This document shows, piece by piece, positions 44,601 through 53,243 of a stretch of DNA of 64,000 bases (the stretch's first letter is position 1; each line of letters starts with the position of its first letter). The position numbers were made by a program, and so were the translations under genes. A model generated the notes under the pieces. The model had not been told where the DNA came from. It did not search any database and saw only the letters and a list, made by a program, of their open reading frames with translations. The stretch covers positions 771,627 to 835,626 of the forward strand of contig CBDDFV010000001.1 of the NCBI GenBank assembly GCA_965227335.1. The letters run 5' to 3'. The stretch is from Phycisphaerales bacterium (GTDB taxonomy: Bacteria > Planctomycetota > Phycisphaerae > Phycisphaerales > SM1A02).

Positions 44601-45574
44601 TGGAAGCGCTGGTCAAGTGCGGCGCGTTCGACGGCCTCCACGGCCGTCGACAGCGCTCCGCCGTGCTCGCGGCGATCGAGGATGCGGTGGCCGCGGGACA
44701 GCAGGCGGCGGCGGATCGCGCGGCGGGCCAGATGAACTTCTTCGGCTCCTTCGAGGACGCCGCGCCGGCGGAGGAAACCAGAGCCGCTGTCCGTCTCCCG
44801 ACCATCCTGCCCTGGGACGAGCGCACGACGCTCGGGTTCGAGAAGGACGCCCTCGGCGTCTACATGTCGGGCCATCCGCTCGACCCGCACGAGGACATCA
44901 TGCGGGCGTTCGCCACGCCCTGCCTGAAGCTGCGCCAGATGCCGAACGATGCGGAGGTCGTGGTGGGGGGGTTCCTCGCCCGGACGTCCACGCACATCAC
45001 CCGCAGCGGACGCAGCGCCGGACAGAAGATGGCCCGCCTCACCATCGAGGACAAGACCGCCGCCGTCGACGGCGTCGCGTTCGCCGAGTGCTACGCGAAG
45101 TACGGATCGCTCGTCGAGGACGACGCCATCGTCTTCCTCGTCGGACGCGTCGATCATTCGCGCGGCGACGTCAATCTCGTCGTCGACAAGGTCTTCTCGC
45201 TCGACGACGCGGCGACCCAGCTCGCGGGCGCCATCGAACTCTCAATCGCGGTCGACGATGAGGGCGACGGCTTCTTCACGCCGAAGATCGAGGCGATCGC
45301 CACGGCGCTCGAGCAGGCCCGGGCCCGGGCGCGAAGCGGCGGCGTCCGACTGGCCGAAGTCCGCGTCCGCCTGCGTCTGCCGGACGGATCCACGGTGCGT
45401 CTGAAGTGCAACGGCGGCGGCGTGCCAGCCGAACCCGCCCTCCTGGAACGACTCGCCCAACTGGTCGGCGATGGAAACGTGCGCGTGACCGCAGGTCGGA
45501 TCCCGATCAGCGAGAAGGACGATCGCCGACGCTTCCGCCGCGCGACGGCCGGCGCCACGGGCGGCGGACGCTGA
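41651..45574 (+). CDS. dnaE: DNA polymerase III subunit alpha
   Basis: 1307 aa. PHP domain FAHLHLHTEYSLLDGG, FGRLKAKAAIKDV, GFNKSHSTGYA, and an OB-fold C-terminus. Confidence 0.95.
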   Translation: MIASSSQDGAVSSVGGGFAHLHLHTEYSLLDGGNRIGKLMKQVKKLGMDAVAMTDHGVMFGAVEFYTKAKAEGLKPILGIEAYVAPGDRTEKKPTGVADGGFHLVLLAENQTGWSNLLKLSSDAFINGFYYKPRMDKSTLAQWSEGIIAINGHLGSSIAYHLLQYAQTGQQTHYDAAREEAIWHRDCFGVNENGEPRFYVEVQRHSVVEQERINPYLYQLADELELPVVADNDAHFLREEDWDHHDTLCCISMGKLKEDVNRLHYSRDLYVKSPEQMAAIFDERPEVIENAAKIAARCEVDLDFTANHAPVVKIVSNFPDLPTDSDLALAIIDAWECEHDVGSTEWFKAFCSEFTLEPFDQDRDTESAEELKERCDGALRLLTEAGAIWRYGRDGVDEEKRARMDRELQILFDKLISAYFLIVWDFVNWGRQRGIPANARGSGVGTMVGFALGLSNACPVEYGLLFERFTDPDRTEYPDIDIDLCQNGRADVINYVREKYGHVAQIITFGRLKAKAAIKDVARVMGLSPGEGQRLSNLVPAELNITVDDALEKAPDFREAYDTDPAVKKVVDSARALEDHARHTGVHAAGVVVATQPLDNIVPLCKASGSDDIVTQWDGPTCERVGLLKMDFLGLRTLSTIELAKNIITQTLPADQVWRAVGREPNDGGPHPLDLERLHYDDQTVLELFRRGDTAGVFQFESGGMRKLLVEMKPDRLEDLIAANALYRPGPMDLIPSYCARKHGQEDVPRVHPIVDSFTAETYGIMVYQEQVMQIVHGLGGVPLRAAYSLIKAISKKKHDVINAERPKFIEGAGAKGLPKKEAEALFELILKFAGYGFNKSHSTGYAIIAYQTAYLKTYFPNQYMAAVLTYESQARKVEDWAPYLDDCRKTVYPDSRPDRSHVGIEVKPPDLNLSAAEFTVVFEEDEPQDENHGHIRFGLAAVKNVGNAAIRAIMRERDERGPFESIFEFCERVDLKTVNKATMEALVKCGAFDGLHGRRQRSAVLAAIEDAVAAGQQAAADRAAGQMNFFGSFEDAAPAEETRAAVRLPTILPWDERTTLGFEKDALGVYMSGHPLDPHEDIMRAFATPCLKLRQMPNDAEVVVGGFLARTSTHITRSGRSAGQKMARLTIEDKTAAVDGVAFAECYAKYGSLVEDDAIVFLVGRVDHSRGDVNLVVDKVFSLDDAATQLAGAIELSIAVDDEGDGFFTPKIEAIATALEQARARARSGGVRLAEVRVRLRLPDGSTVRLKCNGGGVPAEPALLERLAQLVGDGNVRVTAGRIPISEKDDRRRFRRATAGATGGGR

Positions 45575-45628
45575 CGCCGGCCCGCGTCTCCCCCGAACGG
45601 GGCGTCGCGATGGACGGTCGGAGAGACG

Positions 45629-46093
45629 CTACGCGGCCTGCGGATGCGCGGGCGCGGCGGACTGGCCCGCGAACGCGTCGATCGCCCGGGTGATGTCATC
45701 CGGCGACGGGACGCCGGCCCCGCGTCCGAGCGCGGTCCACACCTGCTCGAAGTCCGGCTTCTCCAGCGAGAAGCCGAGGTCGTATGCGCCCATCGACCAC
45801 TTGGGATAGAGCCGCGCGTTGTTCATGCACGGCGCGAACGACAGGCACCGGAGATCGAAGTGACGGTCATCCTTGTGCAGATGAGCGTAGAGGGTCGCGA
45901 TCTGGCCGGGCGAGCCTTCGAGCACCTGCAGGAAGTGGCCGCTCGAGTGCACGAGCACGCCGGTGATGCGGGCCGCCGCGTTCAGCGGACGCGCCTGCTC
46001 GGCGATCTCCAGCAGTCGCTCCGTATCGCACGGACGGTTCGACTGGCTGAGGTAGATGAGTCGAAAGAGAACGCCGTCTTCGTGGGTGGACAT
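45629..46093 (-). CDS. BLUF domain protein (blue-light FAD sensor), stand-alone
   Basis: Start MSTHEDGVLFRLIYLSQ (ATG 46093, GAGG upstream). Conserved Tyr (RLIYLS), Gln (GHFLQVLEG) and Trp/Met (YPKWSMG). Confidence 0.8.
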   Translation of the reverse strand: MSTHEDGVLFRLIYLSQSNRPCDTERLLEIAEQARPLNAAARITGVLVHSSGHFLQVLEGSPGQIATLYAHLHKDDRHFDLRCLSFAPCMNNARLYPKWSMGAYDLGFSLEKPDFEQVWTALGRGAGVPSPDDITRAIDAFAGQSAAPAHPQAA

Positions 46094-46265
46094 GCCGGGT
46101 GGCCTCGTGCGCGCGACTGGCGGCGATCCGATGGGTCCGCAGCGGCCCGGTCGAGCAATCACCGTCGTTCACGAATATCGGCCGATCGCGTCGGTGGTTT
46201 CACTCCGCGTGACGGCGATCGGCGACGTCTCCCGCGGAGGCGGGGCGGCGGCTTCGAGACCCGGA

Positions 46266-47690
46266 TTATCGGTTGCAGAGCACGATGAGCATCTTCTCGA
46301 ACGCATCGGTGGCCCGGGCGAGCCGTTCGAAATCGATCACCCCGGGCTCGTCATGCTCGGGGCCGTACCACGGGTTCCGGTACGGACCGGTGTCCGTGAC
46401 GAGAAACCCCTCGTACCCCTGATCCCAGAAGTGACGATGATCCGACGCCCGGACAAACGGCATCCACTCCCACCCGGTGATCCCCTCCGCCGCGAAGCCG
46501 CCGTTGAAGCGGAACGCGAGAATCGACGAGCGGGTGAGCAGACGCGACCGCTGGTTCCCGATGAACGCGACGAAGTCGCCGGTGGACGGATACAGCGGAT
46601 CGAGCAGCATGGGGTATGACTGCGACCCCGCGCTGTCGCGGTAGTAGCCCAGTCCGTCGATGGCGATCATCGCCACGATGTTGTCGCCCGCCGCGCGGCA
46701 GGAACGGGCGTAGACCTCGCTCCCCATGTGAGGCGTCGAACGCCAGGGATCGGCCCCGTTGGCGAAGAACACGAAGCGCACGGTGCGACGCGGTCGTCGA
46801 CGCATCCAGCGTTGCGCCACGCTCATCGCCGCCGCGACCCCCGAGGCGTTGTCGTTCGCGCCGGGACTGTCGCCGATTGAGTCGTAGTGCACGCCGACGA
46901 CGACGATCTCTTCGTACAGATCCTGCCCCGGCAACTCCACGATCACATTGTCGCACTCGACGCGATCCAGCCCGAGCGCGGCGTCCGTCACCGTGAACGT
47001 CTGCCGACTCGGCCGGTAGCCCACATCGAACATCTCGCCGTGGATGTACTGCGCCGCCCGCCTGTACGACCACGGATGCTCCACATTGCGCGGCCCGATG
47101 TCCACCGCCAGCGCGTAGACCCGGCGCGTCAGTTGAGTCTGCAACGCCTCATCCACCGCCGTGAAAGTGCGATAGACGGCCGGCGCCTCGCCCGGCATGT
47201 CGAACATCGTCCACCACAGAAAGAAGATGGTCACGCCCGTCACGCTCACCGACGCAAACGCCCGGATCGTGGCGTTCCAAGACCACCACGCCCGACGCCA
47301 CCAGCGTTGCGGCGCGGCTGGATCGTACCCGGGCGGCGAGACCGGTCCGATCACACGCGGCCGACCTTCCCGCAACGCCGCCTGCCGGTGACGAATCGCC
47401 TGCATCACGCGATCCTCGCGCGGCGGAAGGGGCGGCGACATCGCGCCGCCCGCCCCGTTCGATTCCGGGGGCGGGGCCAGGGCGGGAAACAACGCCGCGA
47501 ACAACACCGACAACGGAACCCCGCCCGGCGGCAGGTCGCCCGCCTCCAGCTGATCGATGACCTCGGTCGCCGAATCCCCGTCATCGTCCGCGATGTCGTG
47601 CGACGTCGCCTCCGACGACTCGTCCGACGCCGCCGGCCAGTCGTCCGACGTCGACGACCAGCGGGGCCGACGCGGATGCTCGTTCTTCAT
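46266..47690 (-). CDS. M28 family metallopeptidase, membrane-anchored
   Basis: GVHYDSIGDSPGANDNASGVAAAMSVA zinc-ligand region. One TM (FASVSVTGVTIFFLWWTMF). ATG 47690 with GAGG SD (the track start at 47696 is TTG). Confidence 0.8.
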   Translation of the reverse strand: MKNEHPRRPRWSSTSDDWPAASDESSEATSHDIADDDGDSATEVIDQLEAGDLPPGGVPLSVLFAALFPALAPPPESNGAGGAMSPPLPPREDRVMQAIRHRQAALREGRPRVIGPVSPPGYDPAAPQRWWRRAWWSWNATIRAFASVSVTGVTIFFLWWTMFDMPGEAPAVYRTFTAVDEALQTQLTRRVYALAVDIGPRNVEHPWSYRRAAQYIHGEMFDVGYRPSRQTFTVTDAALGLDRVECDNVIVELPGQDLYEEIVVVGVHYDSIGDSPGANDNASGVAAAMSVAQRWMRRRPRRTVRFVFFANGADPWRSTPHMGSEVYARSCRAAGDNIVAMIAIDGLGYYRDSAGSQSYPMLLDPLYPSTGDFVAFIGNQRSRLLTRSSILAFRFNGGFAAEGITGWEWMPFVRASDHRHFWDQGYEGFLVTDTGPYRNPWYGPEHDEPGVIDFERLARATDAFEKMLIVLCNR

Positions 47691-47826
47691 GCCCAACCTC
47701 GAACTGACTCCTTTCCTCGCATCGCCATGATGCGCGAAAAGGCCGCCCGACGCCCGCGGAAATCCCGCGAAATCCCGGCTCGATCGCCCCGGCGCTCGTC
47801 CGTCGGTCAGTCCGTCGGTCCGTCCC

Positions 47827-49839
47827 TCAGTCCAGCATCGGCGACACCAGCCCCGGCAGCGACCGCGACGGCTGGCCGGTCAGCTCCGCATGCTTCAGCA
47901 GGTACGAGATCACCGTGGTGACCACCGTCGCGTGCGACCACGTCAGCGGACTCACCGAAACCGGATCGCCGTTCCGCGGGTCGAACTGCTCCGCCATCAC
48001 GCCCGACAGCGCGGCCCGCTGACGCACCCACTCGATCTCCTCCAGCGCCGACTCCAGATCCGTCAGGATCTCCGCGGACGCGATCTTGTACATCGCCCGC
48101 CACAACGTGCAGATGATCCACGGATTCCCCGGCACGTCCTGGATGTTCTCCGTCTCGATCTGGTGGTAGTAGTCGCGCTCGTACCGCGCGGCGCCGCCGA
48201 CGTCGGTCTTCACCCAGAGCCGATCGAAGATCGCCTTCATGTCCGACGCGACCATCGGATGATCCGCCGGCAACGCGCCGAACATGAAGTGTCCCGCGTT
48301 CGCCGAGTCGATCGTGGTGTCCAGTCGGTACGTGCCGTCGGCGAGCGGCGTGGCCATGCGGGCGAAACGTTGCAGATCCTCGATCCACAGATGCCGGATC
48401 ATCGCGCCGCGCATCCGCTCCGCCCCCTCCGAGAACGTCGCCGCGAAGTCGCCCGCTCCCATGTCGCTCGAGAAGTCGGCCGCCGCCTGCAGCGCGCCGA
48501 TGGTGGCGGCGACGGTCCAGGTGTGGACGCCGCGCCGCTCCTCCCAGAGGTCCCACGTCGGCAGCGGCAGACCGTTGTGATCACGGTGTTCGAGCAGCCA
48601 TTCCGCCGGCCGGATGATCAGCTTGCGGTACAGCGGCTTGATGAACTCGACGTCGCGGAACACCAGGAAGTGCTGCCGCAGCGCCCACAGGACGAGCGCC
48701 GTTTCGTCCTGCTGAATGGGAAGCACCTCGCGTCCGTCCACCGTCCACGGGTGCCAGCTCGACGCCAGCGTGCCGGACGGATTGTACTTGTGCAGGAAGT
48801 ACCCCTTCTTCCCGATGACGTCGCCGCAGAAGCGGAAGAACGCCCGGCTGAGCTCGCCGTGGCCGGCGAGGACCAGCGCGTGGGCCACGAGCGCGCCGTC
48901 GCGCGGCCACATGTAGGAGTAGGTGTCGCCGGAGAAGTGGGTGATGTCCGTGTCGTTCGCCGCGATGATCGCGCCGCCGTTGTCGATCTGCGTGCGCAGA
49001 ATCAACTGGCTGCGGATGAACATGTCGCGGATCGGCTCCGGCAGCGGCGAGAAGTCGATCGGCTCCTTGCACGCCCACAGCCGCCAGTACGCCTCGGTGC
49101 GCCCCGTCATCCGCTCCGTGGTCTTGTGCACGACCTTGTCGTTGAGCCGACGCACGGCGGGGTAGTCGGGCCCCGCCGCGATCCAGTAGTCGATCTTCGC
49201 CGAGCCCCGCGGATCGAGATGGAGCGTGAACCCGACGCACGAATCGACCGAGCCTTGCGCAATCGCGTTGCGCGACAACTGACCGTCCTCCGCGTCGCGC
49301 CAGGTGCCCTCCGCCCCGCCGACCCGCTTGGCCCCGCACGCCCAGTGGTCGACGCCGCACTTGCGGTCGTCGCACCCGTTCATCAGGAAGTAGACGTCGT
49401 CCTTGTAGTGGACGAGCGCCGAGGTCTTCGGGTCGTAGTTGACGGTGTCGCCCACCGCCGACCCGTTGATGGAGAAGTCGTGGTGGAAGAAGATCCGCAC
49501 GTCGCGGGCGCGTCCGAACAGATCGGTCGCCACGATCCGACGCATGAACAGCGGACTTGAATAGTCGACGCTGTCGCTGCACTGCAGTTCGAGCCCCAGC
49601 GCCTCGCTGACCAGACGCACCTCGGTGACCATCGTGTCCGGCCGGTATCGCATCTCCCGTGTCCAGCCCGCGTCGTCGAGCCAGGAGAAGTCGCCGTCCG
49701 CCCACACGCCGAAACGCTGGACGCTGCCGCCGGTGTGGTTGGGCAGCCCCACCCGCGGGTAGTAGATGTCGCGGATGAGGTAATTGTGGTCGAACGTGAC
49801 GAGCATCTCGCCGTTGCCGACCGGAATGTCACGGGGCAT
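47827..49839 (-). CDS. glycoside hydrolase family 15 (glucoamylase/glucodextranase-like)
   Basis: N-domain GNGEMLVTFDHNYLIRDIYYPRVG. Catalytic-domain motifs YMWPRDGA and DLWEERRGVHTWT. GAGGAG SD. Confidence 0.85.
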   Translation of the reverse strand: MPRDIPVGNGEMLVTFDHNYLIRDIYYPRVGLPNHTGGSVQRFGVWADGDFSWLDDAGWTREMRYRPDTMVTEVRLVSEALGLELQCSDSVDYSSPLFMRRIVATDLFGRARDVRIFFHHDFSINGSAVGDTVNYDPKTSALVHYKDDVYFLMNGCDDRKCGVDHWACGAKRVGGAEGTWRDAEDGQLSRNAIAQGSVDSCVGFTLHLDPRGSAKIDYWIAAGPDYPAVRRLNDKVVHKTTERMTGRTEAYWRLWACKEPIDFSPLPEPIRDMFIRSQLILRTQIDNGGAIIAANDTDITHFSGDTYSYMWPRDGALVAHALVLAGHGELSRAFFRFCGDVIGKKGYFLHKYNPSGTLASSWHPWTVDGREVLPIQQDETALVLWALRQHFLVFRDVEFIKPLYRKLIIRPAEWLLEHRDHNGLPLPTWDLWEERRGVHTWTVAATIGALQAAADFSSDMGAGDFAATFSEGAERMRGAMIRHLWIEDLQRFARMATPLADGTYRLDTTIDSANAGHFMFGALPADHPMVASDMKAIFDRLWVKTDVGGAARYERDYYHQIETENIQDVPGNPWIICTLWRAMYKIASAEILTDLESALEEIEWVRQRAALSGVMAEQFDPRNGDPVSVSPLTWSHATVVTTVISYLLKHAELTGQPSRSLPGLVSPMLD

Positions 49840-49983
49840 GTCTGGAACTCCTCGACCGAGGTCGGATCATCGACGACGACCGCCGCCGAAGCGCGACAAT
49901 CGCGCGGTCTCCGAACCGGAATGGTATCGACGCGCCGCGGGCGGGACTTCACCCGGCCCCGAGGCGGCGGCCCGGATCGAGGC

Positions 49984-50367
49984 TCACAGACCGAGCGCGG
50001 AGAGGGCTTCGTTGGCGATCCGCTCCGCTTCCTCGTCGTCGACCGGATCCATGCCCGGCCCCGGAGCGTCCGGCGGATCCTTCGGCCGGGGCCGGGACGC
50101 GTCCCCGCCCAGCGCCTTCACCCGGTCCGCAAGGTCGCCCATGCCGGTCACCCGGATGCCGAAGTTCTCCCCGACCTTCACCACCGCCCCCGACCCGATC
50201 GACTTGTTGTTGATCAGGATGTCCAGATCCGCTCCGACGGGCTTGGGAAGCTCGATGATCGCCCCCGGACGCAGGGCGAGCACTTCCTCCATGGTCAGCG
50301 ATCGCTCCGAGATCTGCACGATCAAGGGCACTTCCAGCTTCAGAATGGCGTCCAGATCGCCAGCCAT
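49984..50367 (-). CDS. FliN/SpoA (surface presentation of antigens) domain protein with an acidic C-terminal extension
   Basis: 127 aa from ATG 50367. ILKLEVPLIVQISERSLTMEEVLALRPGAIIELPKPVGADLDILINNKSIGSGAVVKVGENFGIRVT matches the FliN/YscQ C-ring fold. Only the last 127 aa of the 421-aa track ORF look genuine. Confidence 0.7.
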   Translation of the reverse strand: MAGDLDAILKLEVPLIVQISERSLTMEEVLALRPGAIIELPKPVGADLDILINNKSIGSGAVVKVGENFGIRVTGMGDLADRVKALGGDASRPRPKDPPDAPGPGMDPVDDEEAERIANEALSALGL

Positions 50368-50583
50368 CCCGGTGGTATCGGCAGCCCGACCCCCCGGACT
50401 GAAGCGGAATCGCCCGCCCGACGCGGACCGCCCCCGCCCAGACCCACCCCAGGTCCGGGAACAGAAAAATCCCGTTCGGCGCGAGAATACCCCCGGTCGG
50501 CGACGTTCCACTCCTGAACCCGCCGGCCGATCTCCGAACCCGCCGGCCCCGCGTCTGAGCCTCATCCCAACCGGAGCCCTTCC

Positions 50584-51447
50584 ATGCCACACCTCCTGCG
50601 ACTTACGTTCGTCTGCCTTCTGCTGCTCGCCGCCTCCACCGCGGCCGACGCCCAGCAAGCCCAGAGCCGGGCCGGACAGACGGCCCCGACCCCGCTCATC
50701 GATCTCGACTTCAACGGCGGTCCCTTCACGGCCTACGTCGAAGCGCTCGCCCGGGCCGCCCGCGCCGCCAGCCCCGACGCCGCCGTCAACGTCGTCCTCA
50801 GCGAAGACGTGCAGACCGTCCCGGTCCCGCCGCTCCAGCTGCGCGGCGTCACGGTCGAAAGCGCCCTGCGTTTCCACGACCACCGCCAGATCGATGACAT
50901 CTCCCGCTTCAATCTCGAGGTCATTCGCGACCATGCCGGCGCGCCGATCTACCGGTTCGACCGCAACGTCTTCGCCGGGCGAGCGCCCAGCCAACCCGCG
51001 GAGTCGTCCGTCTGGAGCCTCAAGGCGGTGATCGAGTCCGACGCCTATACGGCCGACGCCGTGCTCAGCGCCGTCGAGACCGCAGTGCAACTGCAGGGCG
51101 ACGCCGCGGTCGAGATGCGATTCCATGAAGACACCGGGCTCCTGCTCGCGCACGGCGATTCCGAAGCCCTCGTCGCGATCGACGCCGTCATCGATCGACT
51201 GCGCGGCTCCGTGGCCGGCCCGAATCGTCTCAACCCCGCCTTCAGGCAAGCCGTCAGCGAAGCCGCCCGCGAGAAGGACATCGAGATCGAAATGCTCCGA
51301 CGAGAACTCGATCAGCGCGAAGATCGTCTGCTCACCCTGCAGGCTCAGCTCGCCAAGATCCAGGCCGATCAGCAGGAACTCATGAGCACCATCGCCCAGC
51401 TCAACGTCCAGCTCGACGCCGCCCGGCAGGGTGACGGCGGTCGCTGA
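50584..51447 (+). CDS. secreted protein with C-terminal coiled coil
   Basis: GGAG SD. Signal peptide MPHLLRLTFVCLLLLAASTAADA. C-terminal heptad-rich EIEMLRRELDQREDRLLTLQAQLAKIQADQQELMSTIAQLNVQL. Confidence 0.55.
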   Translation: MPHLLRLTFVCLLLLAASTAADAQQAQSRAGQTAPTPLIDLDFNGGPFTAYVEALARAARAASPDAAVNVVLSEDVQTVPVPPLQLRGVTVESALRFHDHRQIDDISRFNLEVIRDHAGAPIYRFDRNVFAGRAPSQPAESSVWSLKAVIESDAYTADAVLSAVETAVQLQGDAAVEMRFHEDTGLLLAHGDSEALVAIDAVIDRLRGSVAGPNRLNPAFRQAVSEAAREKDIEIEMLRRELDQREDRLLTLQAQLAKIQADQQELMSTIAQLNVQLDAARQGDGGR

Positions 51448-51467
51448 ATCACACTACCGGAGCGTTC

Positions 51468-52010
51468 ATGTCGAACGTCCGCCAACAGACCGCTGCGATC
51501 GCCTCGGGTGACTCCGAGGCGTTCGCGCAGCTCTACGACGCGAAGTTCGACCTCATGTACGCCGAAGCCCGACGACTCACCCGACGCGATGAAGCCTTCT
51601 GCCTCGACGTCGTTCAGGACGCCATGATGAAAGTCATCAAACGCATTCCGGTCATCGACGAAGACGCGAAACTCGACGCCTGGCTCCGGGTCGCGACGCG
51701 CTCCGCCGCCTACGACCGACTACGCGCCGACCGTCGACGCGCCGAACGGGAACGACGCACGGTGGACGCCGCGCCGGATCCGCAGGAACAGTCCGACGCC
51801 GAGTCGCGCGCCGAACTCCGCCGCCTGCTCGACGAGGTCGACGATCCCACGCACGACATGCTGATCATGCGGTACCGCTTCGGCTGGTCGCTCCGACGCA
51901 TCGCCGAGACGTGTCAGCTGACCGTCAGCGCGGCGGACGGACGCATCCGCCGCGCCCTCGCCGGCTTCGCCGCTCGGGACGCCGCCGCCTCGGAGGAGGA
52001 TCTCACATGA
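51468..52010 (+). CDS. ECF subfamily RNA polymerase sigma factor
   Basis: 180 aa. Region 2 (FAQLYDAKFDLMYAEARRLT ... DVVQDAMMKV) and region 4 (LIMRYRFGWSLRRIAETCQLTVSAADGRIRRAL). GGAG SD. Starts 20 nt after the upstream gene. Confidence 0.8.
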   Translation: MSNVRQQTAAIASGDSEAFAQLYDAKFDLMYAEARRLTRRDEAFCLDVVQDAMMKVIKRIPVIDEDAKLDAWLRVATRSAAYDRLRADRRRAERERRTVDAAPDPQEQSDAESRAELRRLLDEVDDPTHDMLIMRYRFGWSLRRIAETCQLTVSAADGRIRRALAGFAARDAAASEEDLT

Positions 52011-52513
52011 CCGACCGGCACGTGCAACTGACCCCCGACGGCCGTGCGCGGCGCGACGCCATGCGGGCTGATCTCGCCCGCCTCGTCGACCGCCGTCGTC
52101 GCCGGCGCCTGGCGGGCCGGACGATGGTCGGCGTGACCGCGATCCTGCTGCTGGCGGTCGGCGCGGTGTGGATGATCCCCGCCGCCCAGGTGACGCCGCC
52201 CGATGTCGTGGTCGACGCCACGCCCGCGACGCCCTCCCGCATCATCCGGGTCGCCACCGACGGCGTCGTCGTCGACCGTCTCCGGGCGTCCACGGGCGGC
52301 GCCCTTGCGCGGCTGCGCGTCACCGATGCTCCCGGCGCCCTCGACCGATGGCGCGCCGACCCCGGTCCGTCGCGCATCGTGTATCTCTCGGATGACGGAC
52401 TGGTCGACATGCTCGCCCGACTCGACCGGCCCGCCGGGATCATCCGCAGCGGCGGCGAGGTCCATCTCACCGCCGCCGTCGTCGATCCGCCTCCGCCCGA
52501 CCGCGGACTCTGA
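52007..52513 (+). CDS. putative anti-sigma factor (single-pass membrane protein)
   Basis: ATG 52007 overlaps the sigma stop (ATGA) behind a GGAGGAGGA SD. Arg-rich N-terminus and one TM (MVGVTAILLLAVGAVWMI). Call is by position only; no anti-sigma motif recognised. Confidence 0.5.
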   Translation: MTDRHVQLTPDGRARRDAMRADLARLVDRRRRRRLAGRTMVGVTAILLLAVGAVWMIPAAQVTPPDVVVDATPATPSRIIRVATDGVVVDRLRASTGGALARLRVTDAPGALDRWRADPGPSRIVYLSDDGLVDMLARLDRPAGIIRSGGEVHLTAAVVDPPPPDRGL

Positions 52514-52523
52514 CGCCGCGCGG

Positions 52524-52529
52524 TACACT
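52524..52529 (+). promoter_or_regulatory. -10-like box TACACT, 6 nt upstream of lipoprotein ATG
   Basis: GCGGTACACT-ttcgcc-ATG. No SD. Confidence 0.35.
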
Positions 52530-52535
52530 TTCGCC

Positions 52536-53243
52536 ATGCTCCGATGCGCGGCGACGATCGTTCTGGTGCTTTCGGCCATATTCGCGGCGGGCTGTCGCTC
52601 CGGCGCCGACGGACCCGAAGTGCTTACCATCGACGCCGCGTCGTACAACCAGGCGTTCGACTCCGCGGTCCGCAGCGCTCGCGCGGCGGGATTCAAGCCC
52701 GCCACCCTCGACCGTCGCGCCGGCGTCATCGAAACCGAACCCGTCATCGCCGCCTCGATCTTCGAACCGTGGCGCACCGATGCGACGTCGCTGGCCAACG
52801 CCTTCGATCAGACGCTGGCGATGACGCGTCGTCGACTGCGGTTCGAGTTCTCGACGCCTCGCACCGATCCCGTCGCGCCGCCGAGCGACCTCCTGACCGG
52901 GCCCGACGTGGTCGGCATCGAAACGGCCCCGGTCGATCTCTCGGCCTGGGACGGCGCGATTGAACTCCGCGTGCTGGCCTTCATGGATCAGGCGCACCGA
53001 CCCGGCGATCAACTCTTCGCGTGGACGCAGTACGACGATCTCCGGGCGGAGCGGGTCGTGACGTATCGATTCGCGGAAGGCGACGACGCGACATGGGGCG
53101 CGGAGCTGATCCGAGACCCCGCGTTCTACTGGACGCCCGTCGCCCGCGATCCCGCGTACGAGCGATCGCTGCTGGCCGATGTGCAACGCCGGCTGGTCCC
53201 GCGGGAACAAGCGTCTTCGGACGCCGGCCCGGACGAGGACTGA
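52536..53243 (+). CDS. putative lipoprotein
   Basis: MLRCAATIVLVLSAIFAAGC signal with lipobox-like AAGC. ATG 52536 lies 6 nt after a TACACT box. Confidence 0.6.
   Translation: MLRCAATIVLVLSAIFAAGCRSGADGPEVLTIDAASYNQAFDSAVRSARAAGFKPATLDRRAGVIETEPVIAASIFEPWRTDATSLANAFDQTLAMTRRRLRFEFSTPRTDPVAPPSDLLTGPDVVGIETAPVDLSAWDGAIELRVLAFMDQAHRPGDQLFAWTQYDDLRAERVVTYRFAEGDDATWGAELIRDPAFYWTPVARDPAYERSLLADVQRRLVPREQASSDAGPDED

Noticed and set aside
46203-46243. Inverted repeat CTCCGCG...CGCGGAG between the M28 peptidase stop and the BLUF gene start, as a possible terminator.
   Set aside because: Only a 7-bp stem with a loop of about 24 nt and no T-tract. Too weak to call.
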